From: Octopus sinensis
Taxonomy: Eukaryota
Direction: 5' to 3'
Assembly (NCBI RefSeq): GCF_006345805.1
Contig: NC_043007.1
Span: 58,404,001 to 58,468,000 of the forward strand
Length of the DNA stretch: 64,000 nucleotides
The notes under the pieces were generated by a model that did no database searches, was not told where the DNA came from, and saw only the letters and a program-made list of their open reading frames with translations. Positions 1-13,421 of the stretch are shown piece after piece (position 1 is the first letter of the stretch; every line of letters begins with the position of its first letter). A program made the translations under genes and the position numbers.

Positions 1-314
1 GAGTTTGTTGCACTGATGAACATGAAATGCATATTCTGCATTAAATGCGAAATCACATGTGATATGTAACTGAATTCTTTTTTTAAATGATGTGTTTTGA
101 AGTTTTGCATTCGGTAAAATTTTGTTTATTTTCAGTAGTTTTGACCGCATTGGTCCCTCTTAGCGTGTTGGTATCTACGAATAGTAGTACCCTCAATATA
201 ATATAAATGAATATTTTCAAAGAGGAAGAATTTACGGATTTTTTCTCTTACGAGGTTTTTCACGCTGACTACTGATAATTTCTTATTAAGATTTTATCCT
301 CAATTGTTAATATA

Positions 315-350
<36 letters not shown>

Positions 351-462
351 ATGTGTGTATATAAATACATAAGTATACACGCATATACACACGCATGGAA
401 ATGTTTGTATGTGTATATATATATATATATTGACATATAACATATACGCATTTATTTCTAAA

Positions 463-494
<32 letters not shown>

Positions 495-502
495 TATATA
501 TA

Positions 503-729
503 GGCGCAGGAGTGATTGTGCAGTAAGTAGCTTGCTTACCAACCACATGGTTCCGGGTTCAGTCAGACTGCATGGCACCTTGGGCTAGTATCTTCTACTA
601 TAGCCTCGGGCCGATCAAAGCCTTGTGAGTGGATTTGGTAGACGGAAACTGAAAGAAACTTGTCATATATATATATATATATATATAACACACAAATTAA
701 GTATCCCCACTAAGGGATAGTATTTATCC

Positions 730-794
<65 letters not shown>

Positions 795-1029
795 GTATGT
801 ATTATGTATGTATGTATGTATGTATGTGTTTGTGTGTCTGTGTTTGTACCCCAACATCGCTTGACAACCGATTCTGGTGTGTTTATATCCCCGTAACCAA
901 GCGGTTCGGCAAAAGAGAATATAGAATAAGTACTAAGCTTACAAAGAATTAGTCCTGGGGTCGATTTGGTCGACTAAAGGTGGTGCTTCCGCATGACCGC
1001 AATCAAATGACTGAAACAAGTAAAAGAAT
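503..1029 (+). mobile_element. tRNA-derived SINE, family A (composite: head, internal TA/TATG microsatellite, 3' half)
   Basis: Head GGCGCAGGAGTG with A-box-like and GGTTCAGTC B-box-like motifs, then CCTTGGGC..GT.TCTTCTACTATAGCC. 3' half ends GACTGAAACAAGTAAAAGA. Same layout recurs more than 10 times in the window. Confidence 0.85.
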
Positions 1030-1157
1030 ATATATACATGTATATATATATATATATTTAATCATATCAATGTGAAATGGAAATTAATTAAAATTTACAT
1101 TTCCAGTGGTCTAACGTGCAAAAAAATTAGTCAAAAATACTATATATTAGTCATACG

Positions 1158-1392
1158 ATATAGTGTATATTTAAACACATAAGGAATCCACTTATAGGAA
1201 TTCAACACGCTAGAAAGAACAGTTAGGTTCTATAACCACAAAATTAGGGATAAAATTTCGACAGGAACGAACTGATCATTTTTCAATTCGTTCCTGTCGA
1301 ATTTTATCCCTAATTTTTGTGGCTATAGAACCTAGCTGTTCTTTCTAGCGTGTTGCATTCCTATAAGTGGATTCCTTATGTGTTTGAATATA

Positions 1393-1400
<8 letters not shown>
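1158..1400. repeat. Fold-back inverted repeat, arms about 114 bp, spacer about 15 bp
   Basis: 1158-1271 is the near-perfect reverse complement of 1287-1400. The right arm runs into (TA)n. Confidence 0.9.
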
Positions 1401-1438
<38 letters not shown>

Positions 1439-1744
1439 GTATGTATATAGGGTTATGTCGTATATGGAGCCCCCACTTGTAGAAAATGGAAATAAACAGT
1501 CTCTGACTGCTATTTCTAATTTTTTCGGTGTGCGGCAAAGCAACCTGTTGCCTGCCCTTTTACTTATATACTATATATACTGAACTCCACAGAAGTTCCC
1601 GCTGCTAAAGGTCATATTTACATACCGAAATCTACCGGTAAATAATTGTTGGTTGTCTGAAAAACCATCGAAAAAATTATTTATCCTTATTATTTTATTA
1701 TATATATATATATATATTATATATATATATTATATATATATATA

Positions 1745-2380
1745 TATATTTGTAAAAAATGAAGTTCGAAAATGCTGCTGTATTATACAATTTTTAATTT
1801 TTATATATACATTATAACATGTTTCAGTTCCTGAAATGAACCTTATCAAAAAAAGTTATATATAAAAAAAGACAGCTCATGCCGTCAAACACAAGAAATT
1901 CATTTATAATACACAACGGAGTCAGACATCTTAGAGTTCATGTATAGTTGATATATAGTTTGAAGTAAGATCATTCATGCTATATGTTCAAAGTGTTCGA
2001 TGCAGTGGCCCACGGTGGCGATACGTATTCAATACAAAAAACAGATCAAAGTGGTGGAAAGCAGTCAATACAGAAGATTGATGTTTCCGAAAGAGCGAGG
2101 AATTCATTTTTACCTTAAGCAATTGTGATGACCCATGGTGGATGTTCGCTGGGTGGTTCTGTATATATATATACACGAGTGAGTGGACAAACGAAAGAAG
2201 AACACGCAACAAATTTATTGAGATCAAAACGGTTTGATTCAAATTCTTTGGTCCTCCTGGAAATAAACATATAGTTTGAATGTTCAAATTTTTCATTCTC
2301 CTTATTATCAGTACGGTACAAGTAACCAAGAAATAAACTAAAACTTCAGAAGGGAGTTAAAGGAAGTTTACCATAAAATG
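1745..2380 (-). mobile_element. Degenerate Penelope-like element 3' end (GIY-YIG relic plus hammerhead relic)
   Basis: Minus-strand frames give IFCIDC, DLFFVLNTYRHRG and TLRCLTPLCIINEF, resembling a decayed GIY-YIG C-terminus. These are followed by TTGATAA-GTTC..GAAC-TGAAACATGTT and (TA)n. Confidence 0.4.
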
Positions 2381-3532
2381 CTGCGTCTGAAAGAACCAGT
2401 CTTGGCATTTTACATAGAGAAATTCGGTATCTGCCTGGATATTATATATACAGCATTTTCGTAAACAATACTAGTTATAAAATTAATTAAACTTTTACTA
2501 TTTTTGGAACGTTGAAATATTAAAATACATTTGTTTTTAAGAGAATTTCAGGTGCAGGAATGAAGTTTTCTGAGTTAGCAATACTTAGTCACACGAACGC
2601 GTATGGGATTCCTTCGTTGGTTCATCAAGCCAGATTTGCTTGCGAATGGTTGGACGGAAGAGCAACGCACCAGGGTTTTTTTTTTTTTTTTTTTAGTAAC
2701 TTTAAAATGACAACAGCAACGGCAAGAACAACAACAAAATATGATAAGCAAATCTCAGTGGATGAAATGTAATGACAAAGACGTTAGAAGAAAGATGAAG
2801 AGAATAAAGATGAATGAAAAAGTTGAGGATGCTGATAGCGTAAACAGAGAAACAGATGAGTTGCGGAGAAGATTGAATGAAAAAGAGGCGCGAGTGGTAA
2901 TAAAGCAGGAGATATCTTTTTAATATTATAATAATCATGTATAAAGCAAAATAAAATAAAAGAGAGTAAGAAAACCGAAAGTGAAAGTAGGCACTACAAC
3001 AAAATGGCGTTTTATTTTTTCCTCTGAACAGATGATTAGCAGGCTCTTAGCCAAATGTAAATATAATCGTTTGTGACTATTTGACGAAGGAGTCAATTGA
3101 AACGGGAATTTAAATATTCGCTAAAATCCCCATTAGCATGTGGCTATGAAACGTATGGGGTCAAGCAAAGATCAGCGCTGAATAAAAGACTAGGGATAAG
3201 AGGAAAGAAAAAATACAAAATAAACAAACAGAAACCATATTTTTCTTCATTGACTCATCTGTTGTTTGGCATTGTCCCCGTTATGGATCTAATAGAAATA
3301 AAGAGCCTACAGACGGATCTCTTTAAATATTAACCCTCGGTCATCGAATTTATGCTAAGCCACTTTCCCTTTGTTTCCTGAATGTGTTGTGCCATATCCA
3401 TAGTGTTCACACAGACACTCACTTAACTACAGCTTACACTTACGCAGACATAACTACGCAAACAGAAATTAGATTATGCAAACAAACATATGTATGACTG
3501 CGTAAGTACACGACATATAGGAAAGGGAAAAC

Positions 3533-3957
<425 letters not shown>

Positions 3958-5061
3958 GTGCATGGAAAGGAGTATTTTCTATCTTAACTGCTTTTTTACT
4001 GGCCTGTTTCACATTATTTAAAAGAAAAACATAAAGAGCAGATAGAAAGGTCAAACAAATTTTGGAGCGAGGGGTATAGAAGCCATACATACATACATAC
4101 ATACATACATACATACATACATACATACATACATACATACACACATACATACATACATGGACAGCCATAGATGTTAGCAGCTCTGCAGATGTGAACATCT
4201 TTTTCAAAGACAAGGACAATTATAAACTCCCATTCGTGCGAATAATGGCTGGTGCATTTGCTTGTGTTAATAAATGATAATCTAGGAAACTTAGGATTTT
4301 GAAACAAGAAAAGAAACCGGCTAACGCCATCTTATCAGATATTATCTGTAATTGGAACGATAGAAATAAGCAATATGTATCAATTATCGCTGGTGTTATC
4401 CAAATTCCTGTGATGGAACTTCTTTTTCTTTGCTTGAAACCAGCTTCTTCCTCCTAGGAAAAATTCTAATCAAACAAAAAAGTAAATGCATATACACACA
4501 TATATACATAAATACACCCTTGCATACGTACATACATACGTACGTACATGCATACATACATACATACATACATACATACATACATACATACATACATACA
4601 TACATACATACATACATACATACATACATACATACATACATACATACATACATACATACATACGTAACAATGTAAATTCAGATATGGATTTTCAAATAAC
4701 ATCTTTATAGATTTATAAACAAGCAGGCCGATAGAGGTTTAAACTAACAGCTAGCTAGCAGGCTAGATAGGTAAGTAGTTTATTCCCGATGCCAAAAGTC
4801 ACCCGACAGTAAATCAAAAGTCCATAGGTACTTAATATTCAATTTTATTTATTCATTCCAATTATGAATGTTTAATAATTAAATGGTGCGAGTTAAAATC
4901 ATCGACTAGGTTGTTTGTTTTTTTTTTTGTTTAGTTTTGTTTTGTTTTTTTTATTTTTGTTTTTCTCAATATTTGTCTGATTATTAGCACACTCTCATTC
5001 AGTTGTTAAACACAAATACGTCTTGAAATTAAATGGGTTTTGATTTACTGTCAGTTGACTG

Positions 5062-5307
5062 TTGGCCAGCCCAGTATAGTTATCGGGCCGGTTTCCCGCT
5101 TTCCATGGAGTATATATTCCCCTATTCCCCACCTGGATGGGACGCCGGTCCACCGCAGGATTACTCATTTTTGCCAGCTGAATAAACTGGAGCAATGTAT
5201 AATGAAACGTTTTGTGCAAGAACACAGCATGTCTCCCGGTCCAGACATCGAAACCAAAATCTTACGATCATGAATTCAACATCCTAATCACCAAGCCACG
5301 CACCTCC
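5062..5307 (-). mobile_element. tRNA-derived SINE, family D (V-domain-like core)
   Basis: Minus strand: GGAGGTGCGTGGCTTGGTG..GGTTTCGATG head, GTTCTTGCACAAAAC, then GCGGTGGACCGGCGTCCCATCCAGGT. Homologous to 17144-17405. Confidence 0.75.
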
Positions 5308-5405
5308 ATATACAATGAGTGGGGAGAGGGATAGACATACATACAGACAGACAGAAAGACAGTGAGATAGGCAAATACATAGACAATGACAGTGAGATAG
5401 GCACT

Positions 5406-5482
<77 letters not shown>

Positions 5483-6082
5483 TTGGATGGATGGATGGAT
5501 GGATGGATGGATGGATGGATGGATGGATGGATGGATTTTCCATGGAATATTTCCATCATTTGTTTGCGCCCCCTTCTCCATTTACATCAGATAAAGAGGG
5601 ACAGTAGCCTAAAATATATTTATTAGTGCTCTCTCACATCATCCGTCAGAGCACAGTTGAAACACTTAGTCTACTTTTAGTGAAGGTCAAGTATTAACCT
5701 GACCTTAACAAGTATGGTGTCCGAGGAAACATAGCCACTGTTAAGTAGGTACAACAGTCATTCATCTTATTTCCACTAAATGTGATCTTCCATTCTTCAT
5801 CCCCACCCCCCATAAAACCGAACATGTGCACACTCTATCTGCCTATTTCTCCCCCTCTTGCTGTCTGTCTATCAGTAAATATATGTATGTCTGTGTGAAT
5901 GTAGTATGTATGTGATAGCATAAGTCCGAGTGTTAAAACTGTCTATCCCTGTATCTCTCTAGCTGTCTGTGTGCTTAAGTTTCCGTCAGTTCTACTCATA
6001 TCTGTATTTTCTCCGTATATCTAACCATCGTATAAATGTGTATGTGGGCCTATAAGTGTATGTGTATGTGTATGTATATACA

Positions 6083-6395
6083 AGCGTGGCTGTGTGGTAA
6101 GAATCTTCCTTCTCAACCCCACATGGTTATGGGTTCAGTCTCACTGCGTGACAGCTTGGGTGCCTTCAACTGTAGTCTCGGGCCGACCAAAGCGTTGTGA
6201 GCCCGTCGTATATATGTGTGTGTATGAGTGTGTGTGCGTGTGTGTGTGTATGTGCGTGTTTGTCCCCCCTCGTCATCGCTTGACAACCGATGCTGGTGTG
6301 TTTATGTCCTCGTAATTAGCGTAATTAGCGCCTTTAAGGTGGTGCTCCAACATGGCTGCAGTCAATCGACTGAAATAAGTAAAAGAATAAAAGAA
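6083..6395 (+). mobile_element. SINE family A copy with internal deletions
   Basis: GTGGCTGTGTGGTAAG head, GGGTTCAGTC, 3' end GACTGAAATAAGTAAAAGA. Confidence 0.8.
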
Positions 6396-6744
6396 TATAT
6401 TCGCGCACATGTACACAAACACCTATATAATATGCATTCTGACACAAACATACAGACACGCTAGCATACACATGCGCGTGCGCATGCACTCTCAAATGTG
6501 CATATATGTACACACATACACACACACACATATACATACATACATACATACATACATACATACATACATACATACATACATACATACCTACATACATACA
6601 CATATAACATAGTTTTGTATGTTATGTGTCTGTGAATTAACCTCTCCATTGTCAATCTGTACATGTAACAATAGCAGATAATGTACAAGGGAAGGGTAGA
6701 AATGTCACAGCATCTTCTTTCCCATCCCACATAAAAAAATTTTT

Positions 6745-7077
6745 TTTTAAATTACACCCCTCGGTCATGAATGACCATAGGATCGCACCTAAAAGTCTGT
6801 CTCTGAAACACAAGTCTAGGCAAGGTTGTTTATGGAAGACCAACAGTCGCCCATGCATACCAGTCTCTCCTCTCTACACCACCGATGTCATTTATTCAAA
6901 GGAAAGGCAAAGGCTGATACAGCATGGCATCAGTAACTTTGCAACTGATTTCTACACCTGAGTGAATTGGAGCAACGTGAAATAAAGTGTCTTGCTCAAG
7001 AACACAACACACAGCCCGGTTCGGGAATCGAACTCGTATCTTCACGATTATAAACTCGACACTCTAACCATGCGCCT
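6745..7077 (-). mobile_element. tRNA-derived SINE, family E
   Basis: Minus strand: GGCGCATGGTTAGAGTG..GAGTTCGATTCCC head and GTGTTCTTGAGCAAGACACTTT core. Its 3' body differs from families C and D. Confidence 0.7.
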
Positions 7078-7685
7078 GGGACCAGTCGATTAGATCGACT
7101 TCAGTACGCAGCAGGTACTTAATTTATCGAACCTGAAAGGATGAAAGGCAAACGTTACAGTTTTGTGCCCAAGTGTACCAGTAATATGTTATAACATAAT
7201 AGTCTCAACTAGAAGTTAAATAGATTTGCAAGACTAATGGGGCGGGAACAATAAAGGAAGTAACTGTATTTAGAAAACTCCAAAGTAGAACACAGGGAGG
7301 TTATATTTATGACGGGCACAGTCGATAACTTATACAGCCAAAGGGCTGCAAAAAATATCTGGAACGGAATAATGTGTGTGTGTGTATGCGCGCGCGCATG
7401 TATTATACACAGGGTGGAGTAATTATTAGAGAAAGCATGAAACGATTTTTAGATAATTAAAATATGAAGAAAGAAGTTAAGACGATAACAAAAAATGTTT
7501 TGTAGTTTAATTATAGGGGGAAGATCAGTCCCATGTACCCTATACAGAAAAATGAATGGGGAAGTTATCACAACCGAAAAACTAAACCGGCTGTTTGTAA
7601 CAGAGTGGACTCCACTAAATTTACTCGAGATGCTGGTGAATTGTTAAACCGGGATACTGGTTCATTTTACTGCCCATTTAGAAAA

Positions 7686-7890
7686 TTATTCGTTTACTCT
7701 TTGTTTCAGTCATTTGACTGCGGCCATGCTGGAGCACCACCTTTAGTTGAGCAAATCGACAGGACTTATTCTTTGTAAGCCTAGTACTTATTCTATCGAT
7801 CTCTTTTAGCCGAACCGCTATGTTACGATGACGTAAACACCAGCATCAGTTGTCAAACGATGTTGGGGGGACAAACACAGACACACAATA
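7686..7890 (-). mobile_element. SINE family A, 3' half only
   Basis: TTTCAGTCATTTGACTGCGGCCATGCTGGAGCACC..GGGACAAACACAGACACAC matches the reverse complement of the family A 3' half. Confidence 0.8.
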
Positions 7891-8474
7891 GTTATGAAAA
7901 TTATGAAAATTATTGAGTAACTGCGAAAATATTCAGTAAACAGCAGCAGCAGCACAAGTCAAAGCGGAAGCAGAATTATAAAACACCTTCCCTTGGAACT
8001 CAGTACTGTAAGCTAACGACGTCAATTTAAGAGTTGTTACTATTTACTATGTACAGCAAGATGTTATTTCTCTAGTACTACCTTTCTTAGAGCAAGAATC
8101 GCACTGTCATTTCAGTAGTATATTATCTTGACCACGGGGCAAAACACTGTAACTACTTTAGGATAAGAACTGCAGACTTATAAGCTAACGGTCAATGCCT
8201 TTATCGACACGTCCATCGGCAGCGACACCGGTGGTACATTAGTAAGGTTCAAAGTGAAGAGTTATGCAGTTTCCATTAGCAAATATGCATTTTCCCATTA
8301 ACGACATCAATGCCGTTTCGGTAAACAACTAATAGCACAAAACACATTGCTACTTACATCATATACATGCGTATATTATGTGTGTGTACAAATGTATGTA
8401 CATACATATACATACATACAAGTGTATATATATATATATACATATATATACACAGGCACACATACATATATATG

Positions 8475-8653
<179 letters not shown>

Positions 8654-9157
8654 TCTCAACTTGATGCTACATGACAAAATATAGAGATAAGATCAGTTAC
8701 TGGTGTGTGGTATTTTTGTTGTTTTGTGGAGCGGTTCTTGTAATTGAGTAATAAACTTTAATCTTCTAGCGATGATTACAATAAAGTCTCTCTTTTTTCT
8801 TTTCTTTTTTTTTTGTTCATTGTCTATTCATTTATTTATTAACAAAACATATAATCAAAGGATAGACGTACAACGGAACTATAAAAAAAAAACAAAATAA
8901 AAAATAAAAACAAGAACCAGGAGATAGTGATTACTACACACGCATATATCCATATTATATATATTATACACATACACACATACACACACACATACACACA
9001 CACATACGCACGTATATTTATATATATTAGGAGACATGTATTTGGAGACCGTAGAGTAAGAAATAAAAGATATGCTTAGTGAATGGCCCGAGTTAAAACA
9101 AGATCAATCCCCAGTTCCTACTTTATGCTTTTGCATAACTAATATTTTCGGGAAAAA

Positions 9158-9653
9158 AGGCGGCGAGCTGGCAGAACCGTTAGCATGCCGGGTGAAATGC
9201 GTAGCCGTATTTCGTCTGCCGCTACGTTCTGAGTTCAAATTCCGCCGAGGTCGACTTTGCCTTTCATCCTTTTGGGGTCGATTAAATAAGTACGTATTTC
9301 TTTATTACCCACAAGGGGCTAAACACAGAGGGGACAAACAAGGAAAGACATAGGTATTAAGTCGATTACATCGACCCCAGTGCGTAACTGGTACTTAATT
9401 TATCGACCCCGAAAGGATGAAAGGCAAAGTCGACCTCGGCGGAATTTGAACTCAACGTAACGGCAGACGAAATACCGCTAAGCATTTCGCCCGGCGTGCT
9501 AACGTTTCTGCCAGCTTGCCGCCTTAGGGTCGATTAAATAAGTACCAGTTACGCACTGGGGTCGATGTAATCGACTTAATTCTTGTGTCTGTCCTTGTTC
9601 ATCCTCTCTGTGTTTAGCCCCTTGTGGGTAGTAAAGAAATAGGTATTTCGTCT
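9158..9653 (+). mobile_element. SINE family B copy interrupted by an inverted copy of itself
   Basis: GGCGGCGAGCTGGCAGAA head. The body resumes after the insert, with the 19-bp duplication GGGTCGATTAAATAAGTAC at 9275-9293 and 9527-9545. Confidence 0.85.
9294..9526 (-). mobile_element. SINE family B, full-length inserted copy
   Basis: Reverse complement of the flanking copy, bounded by the 19-bp TSD. Confidence 0.85.
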
Positions 9654-9976
9654 TAGAAAATTACTATTTTTAAATCTCACAACGAAAGATATTCAGCAAC
9701 AGTACTTTGGAGTAAAGATTTTTGCCAACATAACATGGCAGTCCTGGTTTAGGACGAATGTTGATGTAATTTAGCCCCAGGAGACATCGTCTCCAGCTGG
9801 CTATACGACACGATCTGTGTCCTTATATATATATATATATATTCCCTTCTTCGAAAATATAAGGACACAGATCCTGTCGTATAGCCAGCTAGAGATGATA
9901 TCTCCTGGGGCTTAATTACACCAACATTCGTCCTAAACCACGATTGCCATGTTATGTTGGCAAAAATCTTTACTCC
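9654..9976. mobile_element. 323-bp insertion containing a fold-back inverted repeat (arms about 120 bp)
   Basis: Arms at 9709-9828 and 9857-9976. Flanked by the 12-bp direct repeat GGTATTTCGTCT at 9642-9653 and 9977-9988. Confidence 0.75.
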
Positions 9977-10007
9977 GGTATTTCGTCTGTCTTTAGTTCA
10001 GAGTTCA

Positions 10008-10334
10008 GTGAGGGCGCGTGGCTTAGTGGTTAGGGCATTCGGCTCATGATCGTAAGGTTGTGAGTTCGATTCCCGGCGACGCGTTGTGTCCTTGAGCAAG
10101 ACACTTTATTTCACGTTGCTCCAGTCCACTCAGCTGGCAAAAATGAGTTGTACTTGTATTTCAAAGGGTCAGCCTTGTCACTCTCTATGTCACGCTGATT
10201 ATCCCCGAGAACTACGTTAAGGGTACACGTGTCTGTGGAATGCTCAGCCATTTGCACGTTAATTTCACGAGCAAGCTGTTCCGTTGATCGTATCAGCTGG
10301 GACCCTCGTCGTCGTAACCGGCGGAGTCTTTTTA
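10008..10334 (+). mobile_element. tRNA-derived SINE, family C (Meta-domain-like core), full length
   Basis: A box TGGCTTAGTGG, B box GTTCGATTCC, core GTGTCCTTGAGCAAGACACTTT..TTGCTCCAGTCCACTCAGCTG. 13-bp TSD AGTTCAGAGTTCA at 9995-10007 and 10335-10347. Confidence 0.9.
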
Positions 10335-10660
10335 AGTTCAGAGTTCAAATTCCACCGAGGTCGACTTTGCCTTTCATCCTTTCGGAGTCAATAAATTAAG
10401 TACCAGTTGCGTACTGGGATCAATCTAATCGACTGGATCCTCCCCCAAAATTTCGGACCTTGTACCTAGATTAGAAAAGAATATTTCCGGGAAATAAGGC
10501 GGTGACTTGACAGAATCGTTAGCACGCCGGGCAAAATGCTTAGCGACATTCGGTCCGTCTTTATGTTCTGAATTCAAATTCCGCCGCGGTGTGTTTGCCT
10601 TTCATCCTTTCGAAGTCGATAAAGTGAATACCAGTCTATCACTGGAGTCGATGTAATCGA
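10335..10660 (+). mobile_element. SINE family B fragments (resumed copy and a further copy from about 10497)
   Basis: GAGTTCAAATTCC..GTCGACTTTGCCTTTCATCCTTTCGG motif, present twice. Confidence 0.75.
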
Positions 10661-11191
10661 ACCAAATCATTGGATACAGATATGACTGTGACTTTAAGAA
10701 CTTTGCCCTGCAATTGCGTGGTCGCTAGTTTAAACCTAATGCACCGCACCTTGAACAAATGACTTCTATCATAACACCGAGTTAAATATTAGTTTTTAAA
10801 CTTTGGCACAAGGTCGGCAATTTCGGAGGAGGGAGTAAATCGATTACATGGCCCCAGTTTTCATTTGGTACTTATTTTATCGACCCCGCTTTTACTCCTA
10901 GTTAGATATTGTAAACCAAATTGGGTTGGCGGAACTGTACAGAAGTGCAGCAGGATGAATTGTACCTGTTCTCGGGTGTTAGACTTAATCTATCACCCCA
11001 CTCGACACCACTACATATCCTTTGAGTAGTAGAACGTACCCTGTTGTAAACATTTGAACTTGGTCTCTGGTTTGAGAATAATCCATGAATTGGCCTTTCT
11101 TCTTCTCTTTTCACCGCTGGTCACGGAGAGAATGAAAAGCATAGTTAACTTTTGTATTTTGAGACAAAAGCTTATTTATTTTGAATACATA

Positions 11192-11382
11192 GGCGCAGGA
11201 GTGGCTGTGTGGTAAGTAGCTTGCTTACCAACCACATGGTTCTGGGTTCAGTCCCACTGCGTGGACCCTTGGGCAAGTGTCTTCTACTATAGCCTCGAGC
11301 CTACCAAAGCGTTGTGAGTAGATGTGGCAGACAGAAACTGAAAGAAGCCTGTCGTATATATATATATGTGTGTGTGTGTATG

Positions 11383-11426
<44 letters not shown>

Positions 11427-11649
11427 TTATGTATGTATATATTTGTAAGTGTGTGTATATGTTTGTGTGTCTGTGTTTGACCCCCAACCGATGCTGGTGT
11501 GTTTACGACCCCGTAAATTAGCAGTTCGGCAAAAGAGACCGATTGAATAATTACTAGGCTTACAAAGAATAAGTCCTGGGATCGATTTGCTCGACTAAAG
11601 GCATGGCCGCAGTCAAATGACTAAAACAAGTAAAAGAGTAAAAGAGTAA
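11192..11649 (+). mobile_element. SINE family A, near full length
   Basis: GGCGCAGGAGTGGCTGTGTGG head, internal (TA)n, (GTAAAAGA)n tail. Confidence 0.9.
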
Positions 11650-12877
11650 TGAGTATCAGTGAAATGAGTATTAGTTTCAAAAATTTGTTTAAGATCAGCG
11701 ACTTCGGAGAAAGGAGAAAGACGATTACATTGACACCCCCCCCCCCAGCGCTCAATTTGTCGACCCTGAAAGGATTGAAATCAAAGTCGCCCTCGACGGA
11801 ATTTGAACGTAAAGGCGGATCGCCGCCTTATCAGTAAGATAGGTATTAATCAAGTACTGGCATTGATTTTATCAACCCAAATCCTCTCCCAAAATGTGTG
11901 AACTTTTGTCTGTTTTAGACTATTTCTTCTGTAGATTTTCGTAGAGGAGAGGTGTCTGTCTCCCATCCATTTAATTTCACAGAAACCAGAATTGATCATT
12001 GGCTTTGCGTGAGGGGAGATGAAGGAGAAATAGTATTGTGTAAAATATTTGTCTTTATTCATTTTATGACAAATAAATGGTTCACTGATTCTGCCAATAC
12101 ATATCAACTTCTCGGATTCGCACAAGACCATACAGTCGTAAATTTAAGCAGATCTTGTACGTGTATAGAACTGCTTTATTATACCCTGGAGGATGAAAGG
12201 CGAAGTCGATCCTGGAGAAAGTTGAACTCGGAATGTAGTGAGATGAAATATATCGGTGAAATTTATCATGTTCATTCATTTATTCCTTTTTGACGTCAAA
12301 AGCCAAGGATTTAAATATTGAACGTTATTATATTACATACAACAGCGAAAAGCATCCAACATTTCACTGCTGTTTTTTTTTTTTTTTACAGTTTCGTCGT
12401 GGACAAACGGGTAACGTTTATCTCCCTTTTCCCCCTTCTCCCCCCACCTTTTTTAGTGTCTCCGATACTGATAGAAGGAAGTGGGAAAATATCCTTAAAC
12501 CGGATACCTAGTTCAAATTTTTGCAACAAAGTCAATTCCGCTGAAAAACCCAAGGGCTAGGTTCGATGTCAAACAGGGTGACGGATTATATCTACCAACC
12601 AAAAAATTCAGAACATAAAGAGTTAGGACAAACATCACAAGGCACCTCGTCCCGTTCTAGCAATTCTTCTAATACCCTACCCTGGGGGAGCGGTGATACT
12701 TTATTTATTGACCCCGGAAGGAGGTAAGACAAATGTGACTTCGGTGGGATTGGAATAAGAGTGCAGGGAGCCGGTGCAAATAATACAAGTGATTTTTTTG
12801 TCATATCTCTAACAAATCTGTTAATTCACGACCCAGAGTAATAAATGTTCAGTTTATTTCGCTGTCCAGCCGACTTA

Positions 12878-13118
12878 TTAAATTAACGTACAAGTGTTTG
12901 AGCACTCCACAGACACGCGAACCCTTAACGTAGTTCTCAGGAAAATCCAGCATAATACAGAATGTGACAAGGCTGGTCCTTTGTGTTACAGGTACTACTC
13001 ATTTTTGCCAGCTGAGTGGACTGGAGAAACGTAAAATAAAGTGTCTTGCTCTCGAACACAAGGCGCCACCAGGAATCGAACTCACAACCTTTCGATCGTG
13101 GGCCAAATACTAAGCCAA
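12878..13118 (-). mobile_element. SINE family C, degenerate
   Basis: Reverse-complement similarity to 10008-10334 (CCAGCTGAGTGGACTGGAG..AAAGTGTCTTGCTC..GGAATCGAACTC). Confidence 0.75.
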
Positions 13119-13202
13119 GGAAATAGTTATATCCCTTTCCAGTGGACTTACGGCAGAAGGGATAGGGAGAGAAAGAAATAGGAGACAGAACGACACAGTA
13201 TT

Positions 13203-13421
13203 CTTTTCTTTTCTACTCTAGGCACAAAGCTCGAAATTTTGGGTGAGGGGACCAGTCGATTAGATCGACCCTACTACGCAACTGGTACTTAATTTATCAA
13301 CCGCGAAAGAATGAAAGGCATAGTCGACCTCGGCGGAATTTGAACTCACAACGTAGCGGCAGACGAAATACCGCTAAGCATTTCGCCCGGCGTGCTAACG
13401 TTTCTGCCTACTCGCCGCCTT
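13203..13421 (-). mobile_element. SINE family B, full length with TSD
   Basis: 16-bp TSD AGAACGACACAGTATT at 13187-13202 and 13422-13437. Confidence 0.9.

Noticed and set aside
4155-4440. Unique segment between TACA arrays, possible exon
   Set aside because: Short open frame, no clear splice pair, peptide not recognised.
10008-10080. tRNA-like A and B boxes here and in other SINE heads
   Set aside because: They run into SINE bodies with TSDs and lack a complete acceptor stem, so they are not tRNA genes.
10900-11150. Possible RTE 3' fragment
   Set aside because: Only a vague GRP-like resemblance; too degraded to call.
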